This document shows, one piece after another, positions 1-10,213 of a DNA stretch of 64,000 nt. The first letter of the stretch is position 1; the number at the start of each line of letters is the position of its first letter. Made by a program: the position numbers and the translations under genes. The DNA lies in the NCBI GenBank assembly GCA_965203515.1, contig OZ241907.1, positions 3,072,001 through 3,136,000 of the forward strand, written 5' to 3'. Origin of the DNA: Spirochaetia bacterium. Lineage in GTDB: Bacteria > Spirochaetota > Spirochaetia > SZUA-6 > Bin103. The notes under the pieces were generated by a model, which worked only from the letters and a program-made list of their open reading frames with translations, made no database searches and was not told the origin of the DNA.

Positions 1-785
1 TCCGCCATGTACGCCGAGGAGAAGGCGGTGATCATCACCATCACGCGGATGAGCTGGTCGAGCGACAGCTCGGGCGGCAGGAAGAGCTGCAGGATGATGA
101 CCGCCACGAACAGCAGCGTGATCAGCGGCACCCCGCGGATCACCTCGATGAAGCCGACCGCGGCGATGCGGATCGCCGGCAGCCGCGAACGCCGGCCGAG
201 CGCGAGCAGGATGCCGACCGGCAGCGACAATGCTATGCCGGCCAGTCCCGCCACCAGGTTGAGCATGAAGCCGCCGAACTTGTCGGTCGGGACCGTCTCC
301 AGGCCGAACCCGCCGACCAGCAGGATCGCCGCGATCACCGGGTACGCCAGCGAGTACCAGCGGCCGTAGCGGGCGTACGGCAGCTTGTCGAACAGCACGT
401 AGGCTACCGCCGGGATCAGCAGGAGCAGGGCGACGTTGACCCGCCAGTACGAGTCAGGGGGGTAGAAGCCGTAGAGGAACTGATGGATGCGCTGGTCCAG
501 CCACGCCCAGCAGGCGCCGTCCCCGGTGCAGTCGTCGCCGGTGGTGCCGGCGAAGTCGGCGTCGAACAGCGCCCAGTTCAGCAACGGCGGCACCACGCGC
601 CACAGCAGCAGCAGCGCCGCCACCGTGAGGCCGGTGTTGAGCCAGTTCGAGAACAGGTTGGCGCGCAGCCACCCCAGCGCCCCGACCGTCATGGCCGGGG
701 CCGGGCGCGCCGGCAGCATCTGCGCGCGGCTGCGATGGAACGCCCTGCCGTCGGGCTTCCGGCCCGCCGCGGTCGGCTCGCTCAT
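1..785 (-). CDS. aapM: General L-amino acid ABC transporter permease (AapM/BztC type), partial; 3' end runs off the window
   Basis: Not in the ORF track because it has no stop in the window. Manual translation from ATG at 785, which overlaps the aapQ stop: MSEPTAAGRK...GALGWLRANLFSNWLNTGLTV...; third gene of an aapJQM run. Confidence 0.85.
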   Translation of the reverse strand, partial: MSEPTAAGRKPDGRAFHRSRAQMLPARPAPAMTVGALGWLRANLFSNWLNTGLTVAALLLLWRVVPPLLNWALFDADFAGTTGDDCTGDGACWAWLDQRIHQFLYGFYPPDSYWRVNVALLLLIPAVAYVLFDKLPYARYGRWYSLAYPVIAAILLVGGFGLETVPTDKFGGFMLNLVAGLAGIALSLPVGILLALGRRSRLPAIRIAAVGFIEVIRGVPLITLLFVAVIILQLFLPPELSLDQLIRVMVMITAFSSAYMA

Positions 786-1975
786 CGTTCGGCCAGCGCG
801 ATGCGGCGATTGTACCAGTTCATGAACAGCGAGGTGAGCAGGCTGAGGCAGAGGTAGGCGAGCATGTAGATGGAGACCACCTCCAGCGCCTGGCCGCTCT
901 GGTTCAGGATCGTGTTGCCGACCGAGACCAGGTCCTGGTAGCCGATGGCGATCGCCAGCGAGGAGTTCTTGGTCAGGTTCAGATACTGACTGGTCAGCGG
1001 CGGGATGATGGCGCGCAGCGCCTGCGGCAGGATGATCCGGCGCAGCGTCAGCCCGGGCGGCAGGCCGAGCGCGCCGGCCGCCTCGGTCTGGCCCTTGCTG
1101 ACCGACAGGATGCCGGCGCGCACGATCTCGGAGATGAACGCGCCGGTATAGGTCGCCAGGGCGATCCACAGCGCCACCAGCTCCGGGGCGACGTTGAAGC
1201 CGCCCTGCAGGTTGAACCGCCCTATCTCAGGCATGTCCAGGCCGATCGGGCGGCCCGCGATGAAGAACGCCGCCAGCGGCAGTGCGACGATCGTGGCCAG
1301 TCCGGTCCAGCCGGCCGGGAACTTCCGGCCGGTCGCTTCCTGCCGCGCCCTGGCCCAACGCGCCAGCAACACCGTCGCCGCGATGCCGGCCGCCAGCGCG
1401 ATCAGGATGAGGACCGCCCCCTCGCCGAGCACCGGCGCCGGCAGCCGCACGCCCCGGTTGTTGAGGAAGGCGAAGCTGCCGATCGGAATCGTGTCGCGGA
1501 CCCGCGGCAACGCCAGCAAGATCACCCACCAGAAGATGATCTGCAGCAGCAGCGGCACGTTGCGCGTGAACTCGACGTACACGGTCACGATCCGGCTGAT
1601 CAGAAAGTTGCTCGACAGGCGCAGGACGCCGGCCAGGAAGCCGATGGCGGTGGCCGCCACGATGCCGAGCGCCGCCACCAGGACCGTGTTGAGGCCGCCG
1701 ACCAGGAACGCCCTGCCGTAGGTCGACGTCGAGCTGTAGGGGATCAGACGCTGGTTGATGTCGAAGGCGGCCGTGTCGAACAGAAAGCCGTACCCGAAAG
1801 CCAAGCCGCGCTGCTGCAGGTTGGCGATGGTGTTCGAGACGATGAAGGCGATCAACAGCGCCGCCCCCAGCACCATCAGGAGCTGCAGGGCGGCGCCGCG
1901 CGCCGGACCGCTCCCCAGCGGCCCGGCGATACCCGACCGCCTAGCGGAACGGCGGCGCGTAGAGGATGCCTCCAT
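782..1975 (-). CDS. aapQ: General L-amino acid ABC transporter permease (AapQ/BztB type); true start probably downstream of 1941 (e.g. ATG 1876)
   Basis: YVEFTRNVPLLLQ, EIVRAGILSVSKGQTEAA (EAA loop) and PPLTSQYLNLTKNSSLA motifs. Confidence 0.9.
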   Translation of the reverse strand: MEASSTRRRSARRSGIAGPLGSGPARGAALQLLMVLGAALLIAFIVSNTIANLQQRGLAFGYGFLFDTAAFDINQRLIPYSSTSTYGRAFLVGGLNTVLVAALGIVAATAIGFLAGVLRLSSNFLISRIVTVYVEFTRNVPLLLQIIFWWVILLALPRVRDTIPIGSFAFLNNRGVRLPAPVLGEGAVLILIALAAGIAATVLLARWARARQEATGRKFPAGWTGLATIVALPLAAFFIAGRPIGLDMPEIGRFNLQGGFNVAPELVALWIALATYTGAFISEIVRAGILSVSKGQTEAAGALGLPPGLTLRRIILPQALRAIIPPLTSQYLNLTKNSSLAIAIGYQDLVSVGNTILNQSGQALEVVSIYMLAYLCLSLLTSLFMNWYNRRIALAER

Positions 1976-2954
1976 CCCGATACAGCGCGTTCAGCCCGCG
2001 CTGCAGGGTGAGCGGGCTCAGATACCGTTCGAAGATCTCGGCGTAGTTGCCTTCCGCCGCGATCGCGCGCACCGCCCACTGCGCGTCCAGCCCCAGCATC
2101 TCGCCGTAGCTGCCCTCGCTGCCGAGCATGCGGTTGATCTCCGGGTGGTCGGTGCCGCCGGCCATGGACATCACGTTGCCCTGCGTCACCCCCAGCTCCT
2201 CGGCGATGATCAGCGCGTTGAGCACCCACCGGGCGATGTCCGCCCACTGGTCGTCGCCTTGCTGGACCAGCGGCCCCAGCGGCTCCTTGGAGACGATCTC
2301 CGGATAGATCACGTGCGCGTCCGGATTGTCGAACGTCGACCGGGTCGCCGCGATGCCGGATGCGTCGGTGGTGTACACGTCGCAGCGCTCCTCCTCATAG
2401 GCGACGCGCGCTTCGGCGTTGGTCTCGATCGGCACCGGCTCGTACTCCATGCCGTTGGTGCGGAAGAAGTCGGCCAGATTGAGCTCGGTGGTGGTGCCGG
2501 TCTGGATGCAGACCGAGGCGCCGTCGAGTTCGGTGGCGTTCATCACGCCGAGCGACCGGCGGCCCATGAAGCCCTGGCCGTCGTAGTAGTTGACGCCGAT
2601 GAAGGTGAAGCCCAGATCGACGTCGCGTGAGAAGGTCCAGGTGGTGTTGCGCGACAGCACGTCGATCTCACCGGCCTGCAGCGCCGGGAAGCGGGTCCTG
2701 CCGGTCAGGTTGACGTAGGCGACCGCGTCGGCGTCGCCCAGTACGGCGGCTGCCAGCGCCCGGCAGTAGGCCACGTCGAAGCCGGTCCAGTTGCCGTCGT
2801 CGTCGGTGTAGGCGAAGCCGGGAAGACCGGTGTTGATACCGCACTTCAGTTCTCCGGCGGCCTGGACGGCGGCAAAGGTCTGCGCGTGCAGCGCCGAGCC
2901 CCCTGCGATCGCCAGTGCGGCGGCCAGTCCGACCGCCTTCATGCGAGGTGTCAT
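1941..2954 (-). CDS. aapJ: General L-amino acid ABC transporter substrate-binding protein (AapJ/BztA)
   Basis: Signal peptide; GFDVAYCRALAAAV, DVLSRNTTWTFSRD, SKEPLGP and C-terminal GGILYAPPFR; GGAGG SD upstream. Confidence 0.93.
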   Translation of the reverse strand: MTPRMKAVGLAAALAIAGGSALHAQTFAAVQAAGELKCGINTGLPGFAYTDDDGNWTGFDVAYCRALAAAVLGDADAVAYVNLTGRTRFPALQAGEIDVLSRNTTWTFSRDVDLGFTFIGVNYYDGQGFMGRRSLGVMNATELDGASVCIQTGTTTELNLADFFRTNGMEYEPVPIETNAEARVAYEEERCDVYTTDASGIAATRSTFDNPDAHVIYPEIVSKEPLGPLVQQGDDQWADIARWVLNALIIAEELGVTQGNVMSMAGGTDHPEINRMLGSEGSYGEMLGLDAQWAVRAIAAEGNYAEIFERYLSPLTLQRGLNALYRDGGILYAPPFR

Positions 2955-3133
2955 ACTCGTAACCTCCTTGGTTCTGTCCGAGTAGTGTCCGGGGGCGCCA
3001 CTCGCCGCCCCCGGTGACTGTGTGTTCGGCTACTCTACCACCTGCGCCGGCCCGTGACAACACGCTGCGACCGGCCGGTGGCAGGCGCCGCGGCCCCCGG
3101 CTATGATTCGCCGTCCACGGAGAGGAGTACACA

Positions 3134-4150
3134 TTGAAGGTCCATTACGACGCCGACATCGACCTTGGCCGCATACACGGCGCCAAGGTGGCGGTCATCG
3201 GCTACGGCAGCCAGGGGTTCGCGCACGCCAACAACCTCCGCGATTCGGGGGTGGAGGTCGCCGTCGGGCTGCGGCCCGACAGCGCCAGCGTCGCCAAGGC
3301 AGAGGACGCCGGCATCCCCGTGCTGCCGACCGCGGAGGCCGCCGCGTGGGCCGACATGGTGATGATGCTGATCCCCGATCACCTGCAGGGAGCGGTCTAC
3401 CGCGACGCGATCGCCCCCAACCTGGGCGCGGGCAAGACGCTGCTGTTCGCCCACGGCTTCAACATTCACTTCGGCCAGATCGATCCGGACGCGGCGGTGG
3501 ACGTGTCGATGGTCGCCCCCAAGGGCCCCGGCCACACCGTGCGCCGCCAGTTCGAGCTCGGTTACGGGGTCCCCTGTCTGGTAGCGATCCACAACGACGC
3601 ATCCGGCCATGCCAAAGAGAACGCGCTGGCCTACGCGGGCGCTCTGGGCGGCGGCCGCGCCGGCGTGATCGAGACCAACTTCCGCGAGGAGACGGAGACC
3701 GACTTGTTCGGCGAACAGACGGTGCTCTGCGGTGGCGTCTCCCATCTGATGAGAGCGGGGTTCGAGACGCTGATCGAGGCCGGCTACGCGCCGGAGATGG
3801 CCTACTTCGAGTGCATTCACGAGTTGAAGCTGATCGTCGACCTGGTCTACGAGGGCGGCATCTCGCTGATGCGCTACTCGGTCTCCGATACCGCCGAGTA
3901 CGGCGATTACCAATCCGGGCCGCGCCTGATCTCCCCGGAGGTGAAGGCGGAGATGAAGCGCATCCTGGCCGACATTCAGGACGGCTCGTTCGCGGAGCGC
4001 TGGATGGAGGAGAACCGCTCCGGCCGCCGCGGCTTCCTGGCCGATCGCGCCGAGCACGCCGAGCACCAGCTCGAACGGGTCGGCAAGGAGCTGCGGTCGA
4101 TGATGCCGTGGATCGAAAAGGACCGGCTGGTCGACAAGGGCAAGAACTGA
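3134..4150 (+). CDS. ilvC: Ketol-acid reductoisomerase (class I)
   Basis: [41 protein letters not shown] and AYFECIHE motifs; TTG start after GAGGAG; TATGAT -10-like hexamer at 3102-3107. Confidence 0.97.
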   Translation: MKVHYDADIDLGRIHGAKVAVIGYGSQGFAHANNLRDSGVEVAVGLRPDSASVAKAEDAGIPVLPTAEAAAWADMVMMLIPDHLQGAVYRDAIAPNLGAGKTLLFAHGFNIHFGQIDPDAAVDVSMVAPKGPGHTVRRQFELGYGVPCLVAIHNDASGHAKENALAYAGALGGGRAGVIETNFREETETDLFGEQTVLCGGVSHLMRAGFETLIEAGYAPEMAYFECIHELKLIVDLVYEGGISLMRYSVSDTAEYGDYQSGPRLISPEVKAEMKRILADIQDGSFAERWMEENRSGRRGFLADRAEHAEHQLERVGKELRSMMPWIEKDRLVDKGKN

Positions 4151-4169
4151 CCGGCGCCGCGCCGGCCGG

Positions 4170-5288
4170 CTACTCCGGCGGCCACGCCGTCCAGCCGTAG
4201 CGGCGGGTCACCCGGGCGGCGACGCGGGTGAGCACCTCGTACGGGATCGTGTCCGACCAGCCGGCCACCTCGCCGGCGGTCGGGCCGTCCGCGCCGAACA
4301 GAACCGCTCGATCGCCGGCGCGCACCGCCGGCTGCGCGCCGACGTCGACCATGCAGTGGTCCATGCAGACCCGGCCGGCCAACCGGTAGCGCCGGCCGCC
4401 GATGCGCACCTCCGCCGCCGCGCCGCCGCGCCCGCCGGGCCACGGGTACCCGTCGCCGTAGCCGGCGGCGATCGTGGCGATCACCGTGTCGCGCGCAGCC
4501 CGGTACCGCAGGCCGTAGGAGACGTGGTCGCCGGCGCGGACGCGGCGCAGGGCAGTCACGCGCGCGGCCAGCTCCATCACCGGCTTGAGCCGTCCCCGCA
4601 GAGGTCCCGCGAACGACGGATCGTAGCCGTAGGCGGCAAGCCCCGCCCGCACCAGGTCGAGGTGCGCCGCCGGCAGCGCGGCGATCGCCGCCGAGTTGGC
4701 GGCGTGCGCGAGCAGTCCCGGGTGGCGCTCGCGCACGACGCGCGCGGCCGCCAGCAGCGCGGCGAGCTGCCGCCGGGTCGGCTCCAGGTCCGCCGCGTCG
4801 GCGGCCGAAAAGTGGGTGCAGAGGCCCGCCAACCGCACGCCGTCCACCTCCGCGACGGCGCGCGCGACGGCGTCGGCGTCGGCCGGCCGGCAGCCGGAAC
4901 GGTGCATGCCGGTGTCGAGCTCCAGATGGACCGCCAGCGGCGCGCCGCCGCGGTTGGCGCCGCCGATCGCCCGCGCCGTGGCGGCGTCCGCGCAGACCGC
5001 GGCGAGCCGCCAGCGGACCACGTCCGGCGCCTGCTCGGGCACCGTGGGGCCGAGCAGGAGCACCGGCCGCCGGATGCCCGCCTCGCGCAGCTCGCGTCCT
5101 TCGTCGACCGAGCTGACCGCCAGCAGGTCGGCGGCTCCGTCGGCCGCGCGCGCCGCGCGGACCGCGCCGTGGCCGTAGGCGCCGGCCTTCACCACGAAGC
5201 AGACGCGGGTCCCCGGCGGCAGGTGCGCGCGGATCTCCGCCAAGTTGTGCCGCAGGTGGTCCAGGCGTATGCGGGCGACCGCCGCCAC
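4170..5288 (-). CDS. alr: Alanine racemase
   Basis: VVKAGAYGHGA (PLP lysine), DTGMHRSG, HAANSAA, VSYG, GYGDG, GRVCMD and TIPYEVL motifs. Confidence 0.93.
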   Translation of the reverse strand: MAAVARIRLDHLRHNLAEIRAHLPPGTRVCFVVKAGAYGHGAVRAARAADGAADLLAVSSVDEGRELREAGIRRPVLLLGPTVPEQAPDVVRWRLAAVCADAATARAIGGANRGGAPLAVHLELDTGMHRSGCRPADADAVARAVAEVDGVRLAGLCTHFSAADAADLEPTRRQLAALLAAARVVRERHPGLLAHAANSAAIAALPAAHLDLVRAGLAAYGYDPSFAGPLRGRLKPVMELAARVTALRRVRAGDHVSYGLRYRAARDTVIATIAAGYGDGYPWPGGRGGAAAEVRIGGRRYRLAGRVCMDHCMVDVGAQPAVRAGDRAVLFGADGPTAGEVAGWSDTIPYEVLTRVAARVTRRYGWTAWPPE

Positions 5289-5307
5289 GTCGTTTTGCCG
5301 GAACCGC

Positions 5308-6183
5308 CTACCGCAGCAGCGGCGGCAACTGCGCCAGCGACGTGAGGATCAGGTCGGGGCGCAGGCTGCGGCAGCGCTCGTCGTCATCGCGCAGCCGCAG
5401 CGAGCGCGCATCTCCCGCGAACAGGGCGGTTCGCCAGCCGCACGCCGCCGCCGGCCGGATGTCGTTGCGCATGTCGTTGCCCACGAACAGGCATTCCGAG
5501 CGGTCGATGCCGGCCGCCGCGAAGCGATCGGACGCCGCCTCGAACAGCTCGACGCCCGGCTTGGCGCGGCCGTGCCGGTAGGAGCAGACGCGGCGATCGG
5601 GGGGAATCAACGCATCGAACGGCGCTCCCAGCAGCTCCCGCAGGATGAGCGGGGTATAGAACTGCGCGTTGGAGACGATGCCGATCGCCGCCCGGCCGTG
5701 CAGTGCCTGCAGCGTTTCCAGCGCGTGCGGCATCGGCCAGGTGGGATTGGCGCGCAGCTCGAACTCCACCGCCAGCCGTTCGACCTGCGCGGTCGTCGGC
5801 GCGGCGCCCGCGCCGACGGCGTCGTCCAGCACGGCGCGCCACGCGCCGCGGATGTCCGGGTCGGGGTACCGGACGCCGGCCGACCGCTGCGCGGCCCGCC
5901 GCCGCGCGATCTCGGCGCCCAGCGCCGCCGGCAGCCGGCCGACAGCGGCCTCCGGCAGGGCGATCCCGGCGGCGGCGACCGCCTCCGCGGCGAAGGCCGC
6001 GGTCCCGCTTCCGGGATCCGCGCAGCCGGTCGGCTCGCCGGCCGCGGAGATCAGGAGCGTCCCGTAGACGTCGAACGCCACCGCCCGCACCCCCGGCAGC
6101 CGGCGCAGGCGCGCCGCCGCGCCGGCGGGGACCGGCTGCAGGGGTCGGGCGCGGGCGCGGATGACGCGGTGCAGAGGTTGCAC
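5308..6183 (-). CDS. HAD-superfamily hydrolase
   Basis: FDVYGTLL (motif I), IVSNAQ, AKP and FVGNDMRND. Start placed at GTG 6183, 5 nt after a TAGCAT hexamer; the ORF track starts at 6198. Confidence 0.85.
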   Translation of the reverse strand: MQPLHRVIRARARPLQPVPAGAAARLRRLPGVRAVAFDVYGTLLISAAGEPTGCADPGSGTAAFAAEAVAAAGIALPEAAVGRLPAALGAEIARRRAAQRSAGVRYPDPDIRGAWRAVLDDAVGAGAAPTTAQVERLAVEFELRANPTWPMPHALETLQALHGRAAIGIVSNAQFYTPLILRELLGAPFDALIPPDRRVCSYRHGRAKPGVELFEAASDRFAAAGIDRSECLFVGNDMRNDIRPAAACGWRTALFAGDARSLRLRDDDERCRSLRPDLILTSLAQLPPLLR

Positions 6184-6185
6184 GA

Positions 6186-7214
6186 TTGATGCTATCACAG
6201 GGCATCAGCGTTCACGGCGCCGGCGCGCGGCCCGCTCCCGAGCTCTCCGCGGTCCGTCTCCGGGCCGGGCTGATCGCCGCCCCCGGCGGTCGGTTCGTCG
6301 CCGACCTGTCGATCCGCGACGGCCGGATCGCGGCCGTCGGCTCGATCGGGACCGCGGCGACCGGGACCCCGGCGGAGCGCGTCATCGACGCCATGGGCCG
6401 CGTCGTGCTGCCGGGCTGGGTGTTGCCGATGCTCCCCGCCGATCCCGCGGCGGCGCCTCCCCACGAGCGGTGGGCCGGCGCCGGGGTCACCTGCGCCGGC
6501 TGGCCGGGCGCCGAGCCGGGCGAGCCGTGGGGGAGCGACGTGGCGCCGATGGAGCCGATCGACACGGCGGAACGGATCGCCCGCGCCCCGAGCACGATCC
6601 ACGAGCGCGGCCGCGCGGCGTTCGTGCTGCCGGCCGGCCGCGGCGCCGCCCTGCTGGATGACGCAGCGCGGATGCTCGCGCGCCTGCACGCAACGCTCAT
6701 CGTCGCCGTGGACGGGGAGGGCGAGGAGCCGGCGGCGGTGGCCGCCGCCGAGCGCGCCGTTGCGTGCGGCGGCGGACGGGTCGTGGTCGGGCCGCTCCGC
6801 GAAGCGTCGTCGCTGCGCCGCGCCTGGAGCGCCGGGGCGCTGGCCGCCACCGATCCGGACTGGCTGATCGACGATCCGTCCCTGTGGCGGGAGGCGGCGC
6901 GCGGCGCCGTGCGGCTGCTGATCAGCGCGTCCTGCCGGCCGCCGCCGGTCGATGCCCTGTACCGGTCGGGGCCGGCGCGCGGACTGATCGGGCTGGAGGC
7001 TCTGGCAGCGCTGCTCGCCGCCCGGCCGGCCGCGCTGCTGGGCTGCGCCGCCAAGGGGCTGCTGGCCCCCGGGCGGGAAGCGGACCTCTGCCTGCTGGAG
7101 CCGTCCGGCGGGGATGCGGCGATCGTGGAGACGCTGCTGCGCGGCGCCGATGCCCGGCGCCCGCACGGCCGCGTGATCCGCGCCGAGCCGGTCGACGGCC
7201 TCCCGGCGGGCTGA
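6186..7214 (+). CDS. Degenerate amidohydrolase-superfamily (dihydropyrimidinase/dihydroorotase-like) protein lacking the metal-binding HxH motif
   Basis: N-terminal ADLSIRDGRIAAVG...VIDAMGRVVLPG and C-terminal PAALLG..KGLLAPGREADL are the beta-sandwich signatures; the core is short and divergent; start uncertain. Confidence 0.55.
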   Translation: MMLSQGISVHGAGARPAPELSAVRLRAGLIAAPGGRFVADLSIRDGRIAAVGSIGTAATGTPAERVIDAMGRVVLPGWVLPMLPADPAAAPPHERWAGAGVTCAGWPGAEPGEPWGSDVAPMEPIDTAERIARAPSTIHERGRAAFVLPAGRGAALLDDAARMLARLHATLIVAVDGEGEEPAAVAAAERAVACGGGRVVVGPLREASSLRRAWSAGALAATDPDWLIDDPSLWREAARGAVRLLISASCRPPPVDALYRSGPARGLIGLEALAALLAARPAALLGCAAKGLLAPGREADLCLLEPSGGDAAIVETLLRGADARRPHGRVIRAEPVDGLPAG

Positions 7215-7223
7215 CCGATCGGG

Positions 7224-7682
7224 TCAGGACTCTCCCTGGAGCCGGCGCTTCAACGCGCGCAGCTCCTGCTCGGTCTGCAGGTCCTTGAGCGCGTCGGCGG
7301 TCGGGTCCGGCTCGCCGGCGATCGACCGCAGGTCGGCCAGGAGCTGATCGGCGTCGATGCCGGAGAGCGCCGGCGCGGCCTGCAGCCGGCTCAACTCCTT
7401 CTTCAACCGATCGATGACGACCGACAGCTCGAACTCCTCGGCGGTCAGCTTCTCGCAGGCGGCGCGCGCCTCCTGCAGCCGGGTCTCCGCCCGCTGCGTC
7501 AGCTCCCGATCGCCGGCTTGCCGGGCCTGCAGGGTCCGCTTTCGCCAGAGCTCCTCCCGGTCGCGCGCGGACTGCAGTTGCCGCTGCAGCTCCCGCGCCG
7601 AAGTGAGATAGCCGGCCACGACCTCCCGAGCCGCCGCCGGGTCCATGCCTTCCAGATCGACGCGCAGGTCATCGATGTTCAC
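7224..7682 (-). CDS. Short PspA/IM30-like coiled-coil protein
   Basis: W..R...A...GD.ELT..A motif (WRKRTLQARQAGDRELTQRA) and C-terminal EQELRALKRRL; GTG start 7 nt after TAGACT. Confidence 0.6.
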   Translation of the reverse strand: MNIDDLRVDLEGMDPAAAREVVAGYLTSARELQRQLQSARDREELWRKRTLQARQAGDRELTQRAETRLQEARAACEKLTAEEFELSVVIDRLKKELSRLQAAPALSGIDADQLLADLRSIAGEPDPTADALKDLQTEQELRALKRRLQGES

Positions 7683-7929
7683 TGCCGGCAGTCTACTACG
7701 CCCCGTCCGCCGCGGCACGCCCGGCGACGCCTGCCGAGCGGGATCGGGGGTCGATCGTCACCCCTCCGCCGATCGTTCGACGCCGCACTTGGCGGCGATC
7801 GACTTTGCCAGCCGCTCGAAGTCCTCGACGGCGTGGTCCGCCTGTCTTGTGTCATTATGACTCAGTGAGAGGCATTCCGGCTTGCCCGGCGGCGTACCCC
7901 TTGCCTATACTCCGGCTCTGGAGGTTCAC

Positions 7930-9330
7930 ATGCAACTTGGCAAGATTCTTTCGCTGGTGCTTGCGGCCGCCGTCGCAAGCGCCGCATCGGTATTTGCAGC
8001 CGGCGTCGAAGAAGCGGCGGAAGCCGCTCCCGAGATGGCCGAACCGGTAACCATCGAGTACTGGACCACTCAGGATCAGTCGGAACGGCAGGCGACGATC
8101 CGTCTGATCGCCGACACGTTCATGGCGCTCAACCCGCACGTCACGGTCAACGTCGTGCCGGTCGCCGAACCGGAGGTACCCGCCCAGCTCTCGGCCGCCG
8201 CGGCCGCCGGCAGCCTGCCCGACGTCATCGAGTTCGGCTCCGAGAATGCGATCGCGTTCGGCGCGCAGGGACTGCTCGACATGGAGACGCACCACGCGAT
8301 CATCCGCAGCATCGGCCAGGATCGCTTCTACGCCGGCGCGCTGAGCCTGTTGCGCGCGCCGTCCGGTCAGAACGACTATTACGCGCTGCCGTTCCACGGC
8401 TGGATCCAGGGCATCTGGTACCGCACCGACTGGTTCGAGGAAGCCGGTCTGGAGCCGCCCGATTCGTGGCGGAACATCCGCGCCGCCGCCGAGCACTTCT
8501 ACGACCCGGCGGACAACCGGTACGGCATCCTGGTCGGCACCAAGTCGGAGCCGTACGCCGAGCAGGTGTTCACCCAGTTCGCCATCTCCAACGGCGCGCG
8601 CCTGTTCGACGCCGACGGCAACCTGATCTTCAACTCGCCGGAGATGAAGGAAGCGATCGAGTACTACCTGGAGGTGTCGCAGTTCAACCCGCCCGGACCG
8701 CAGACCTGGCGCGCCCGCGACTACTACCTGCAGGGCAAGATGGCGATGTTCTTCTACTCGACCTACATCATGGACGATCTGGCGCTGCAGGAAGTGGCCG
8801 CCGGCTCGCTGACCGGCGACAACTTCGCCGATCTGGTCGGCGGCGACTTCGATCCGGAGTTGGCCAACAAGACCGGCTTCGTACCGATCATCACCGGTAC
8901 CGAGCCGGCCTCCTACGGCGTGGTGGTGGCGCTCGGCGTCTTCGAGCAGGATGACGCCGACCGGCTCGCCGCGTCCCGCGCCTGGGTGGAGTACCTCTAC
9001 ACGGAGGACGCCTACGTCACCTATCTGCACATGGCGCCCGGCGGCATGAATCCGGTCCTCAAGGGGGTCGCCGCCAGCGCCGCGTTCGTCGACGATCCGA
9101 AGGGGGTGCACGCCCGCTACGGCGCGGAAAAGATGGGAGAGATCGTCGAGGGGTTGGAGAACATCCAGCGCTTCGGGATCGTCGAGGGCAACCTGATCGA
9201 GGACTACGGCACGATCTTCGCCCAGCAGATCATCCCGCAGATGATCTTCCGCATCACCCAGGAGGGTGAGGATATCGATGCCGCGATGGCGTGGGCCGAG
9301 GCGGAAATGATGAAGGTGATCGACCAGTAG
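7930..9330 (+). CDS. Sugar ABC transporter substrate-binding protein (CUT1, YcjN-like)
   Basis: Signal peptide ending SVFAAGVEE; LPDVIE, IWYRTDWFEEAGLEPP and GKMAMFFYSTY; GGAGG SD before ATG 7930. Confidence 0.88.
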   Translation: MQLGKILSLVLAAAVASAASVFAAGVEEAAEAAPEMAEPVTIEYWTTQDQSERQATIRLIADTFMALNPHVTVNVVPVAEPEVPAQLSAAAAAGSLPDVIEFGSENAIAFGAQGLLDMETHHAIIRSIGQDRFYAGALSLLRAPSGQNDYYALPFHGWIQGIWYRTDWFEEAGLEPPDSWRNIRAAAEHFYDPADNRYGILVGTKSEPYAEQVFTQFAISNGARLFDADGNLIFNSPEMKEAIEYYLEVSQFNPPGPQTWRARDYYLQGKMAMFFYSTYIMDDLALQEVAAGSLTGDNFADLVGGDFDPELANKTGFVPIITGTEPASYGVVVALGVFEQDDADRLAASRAWVEYLYTEDAYVTYLHMAPGGMNPVLKGVAASAAFVDDPKGVHARYGAEKMGEIVEGLENIQRFGIVEGNLIEDYGTIFAQQIIPQMIFRITQEGEDIDAAMAWAEAEMMKVIDQ

Positions 9331-9337
9331 CCCGCCG

Positions 9338-10213
9338 TTGACCGGTCACGCCCGGAGCATCCGGGCTCAGGAAGCGCGCTTTGGCTGGCGGCTGATCGCT
9401 CCGTCGGCCGCCGTCATCGCGCTGCTCATCCTGTATCCCATCGGCTACAACGTCTTCCTCAGCTTCTTCGACGTGCGGCTGCAGGGCGCCAACGTCTACG
9501 TCGGCGCCCGCAACTATACCGGGGTACTGGCCGATCCCGCCTTCTGGCGGTCGGTGCTCACGACGGTGATCTACGTGGCCGGCACCACCGCCGGCACCAC
9601 GCTGGTGGGGCTCGGCGTGGCTCTGGTCATGAACCAGCGCTTCCCGCTGCGCGGGCTGGTGCGGTCGCTGATCCTGCTGCCCTACGTCGCCCCGGTCATC
9701 GCCGTCGTCTACGGCTGGCAGTTCATCTTCGACCCGGTCAACGGCATCTTCATGCACGTCACCGTCGAGCTGCTGGGTCTGTTCGAGGAGCGCTTCAACC
9801 TGATCGGCGCGCCGCGCAACGCCATCATGGTGGCGATCCTGTTCAACATCTGGAAGAACTTCCCGTTCAGCTACCTGATGCTGCTGTCGTCGCTGCAGGG
9901 GATCGACGAGAGCCTCTACGAAGCCGCGCAGATCGACGGGGCGTCGGGGTGGCAGCGGTTCCGCTTCATCACCCTGCCGGAGATCTTCTTCGTGTTGGGG
10001 GCGCTGGTGATCCTGCGGGTGATCTGGAACTTCAACAAGTTCGAGGAGGTCTTCCTGCTCACCGACAACGTGCGGGTGCTGTCGGTCTTCACCTACTTCA
10101 AGGCGTTCACCGGCGCCCTGGACCAGGGGCAGGGCGCCGCGCTGGCGCTGATCCAGTTCCTGCTGCTGGTCGGCTTCATCCTGTTCTACGTGAAGCGGGT
10201 GCTGAAGTGGTAA
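9338..10213 (+). CDS. Sugar ABC transporter permease (YcjO/MalF-like)
   Basis: Multiple TM segments; LYEAAQIDGASGWQRFRFITLP EAA motif. Confidence 0.9.
   Translation: MTGHARSIRAQEARFGWRLIAPSAAVIALLILYPIGYNVFLSFFDVRLQGANVYVGARNYTGVLADPAFWRSVLTTVIYVAGTTAGTTLVGLGVALVMNQRFPLRGLVRSLILLPYVAPVIAVVYGWQFIFDPVNGIFMHVTVELLGLFEERFNLIGAPRNAIMVAILFNIWKNFPFSYLMLLSSLQGIDESLYEAAQIDGASGWQRFRFITLPEIFFVLGALVILRVIWNFNKFEEVFLLTDNVRVLSVFTYFKAFTGALDQGQGAALALIQFLLLVGFILFYVKRVLKW

Noticed and set aside
2989..3014. Hairpin CCGGGGGCG...CGCCCCCGG upstream of aapJ
   Set aside because: A real inverted repeat, but with no U-tract or riboswitch consensus; function cannot be supported.
7758..7860. Minus-strand reading HNDTRQADHAVEDFERLAKSIAAKCGVERSAEG* resembling a protein C-terminus
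   Set aside because: No start codon before an upstream in-frame stop and too short to assign; possibly a gene remnant.
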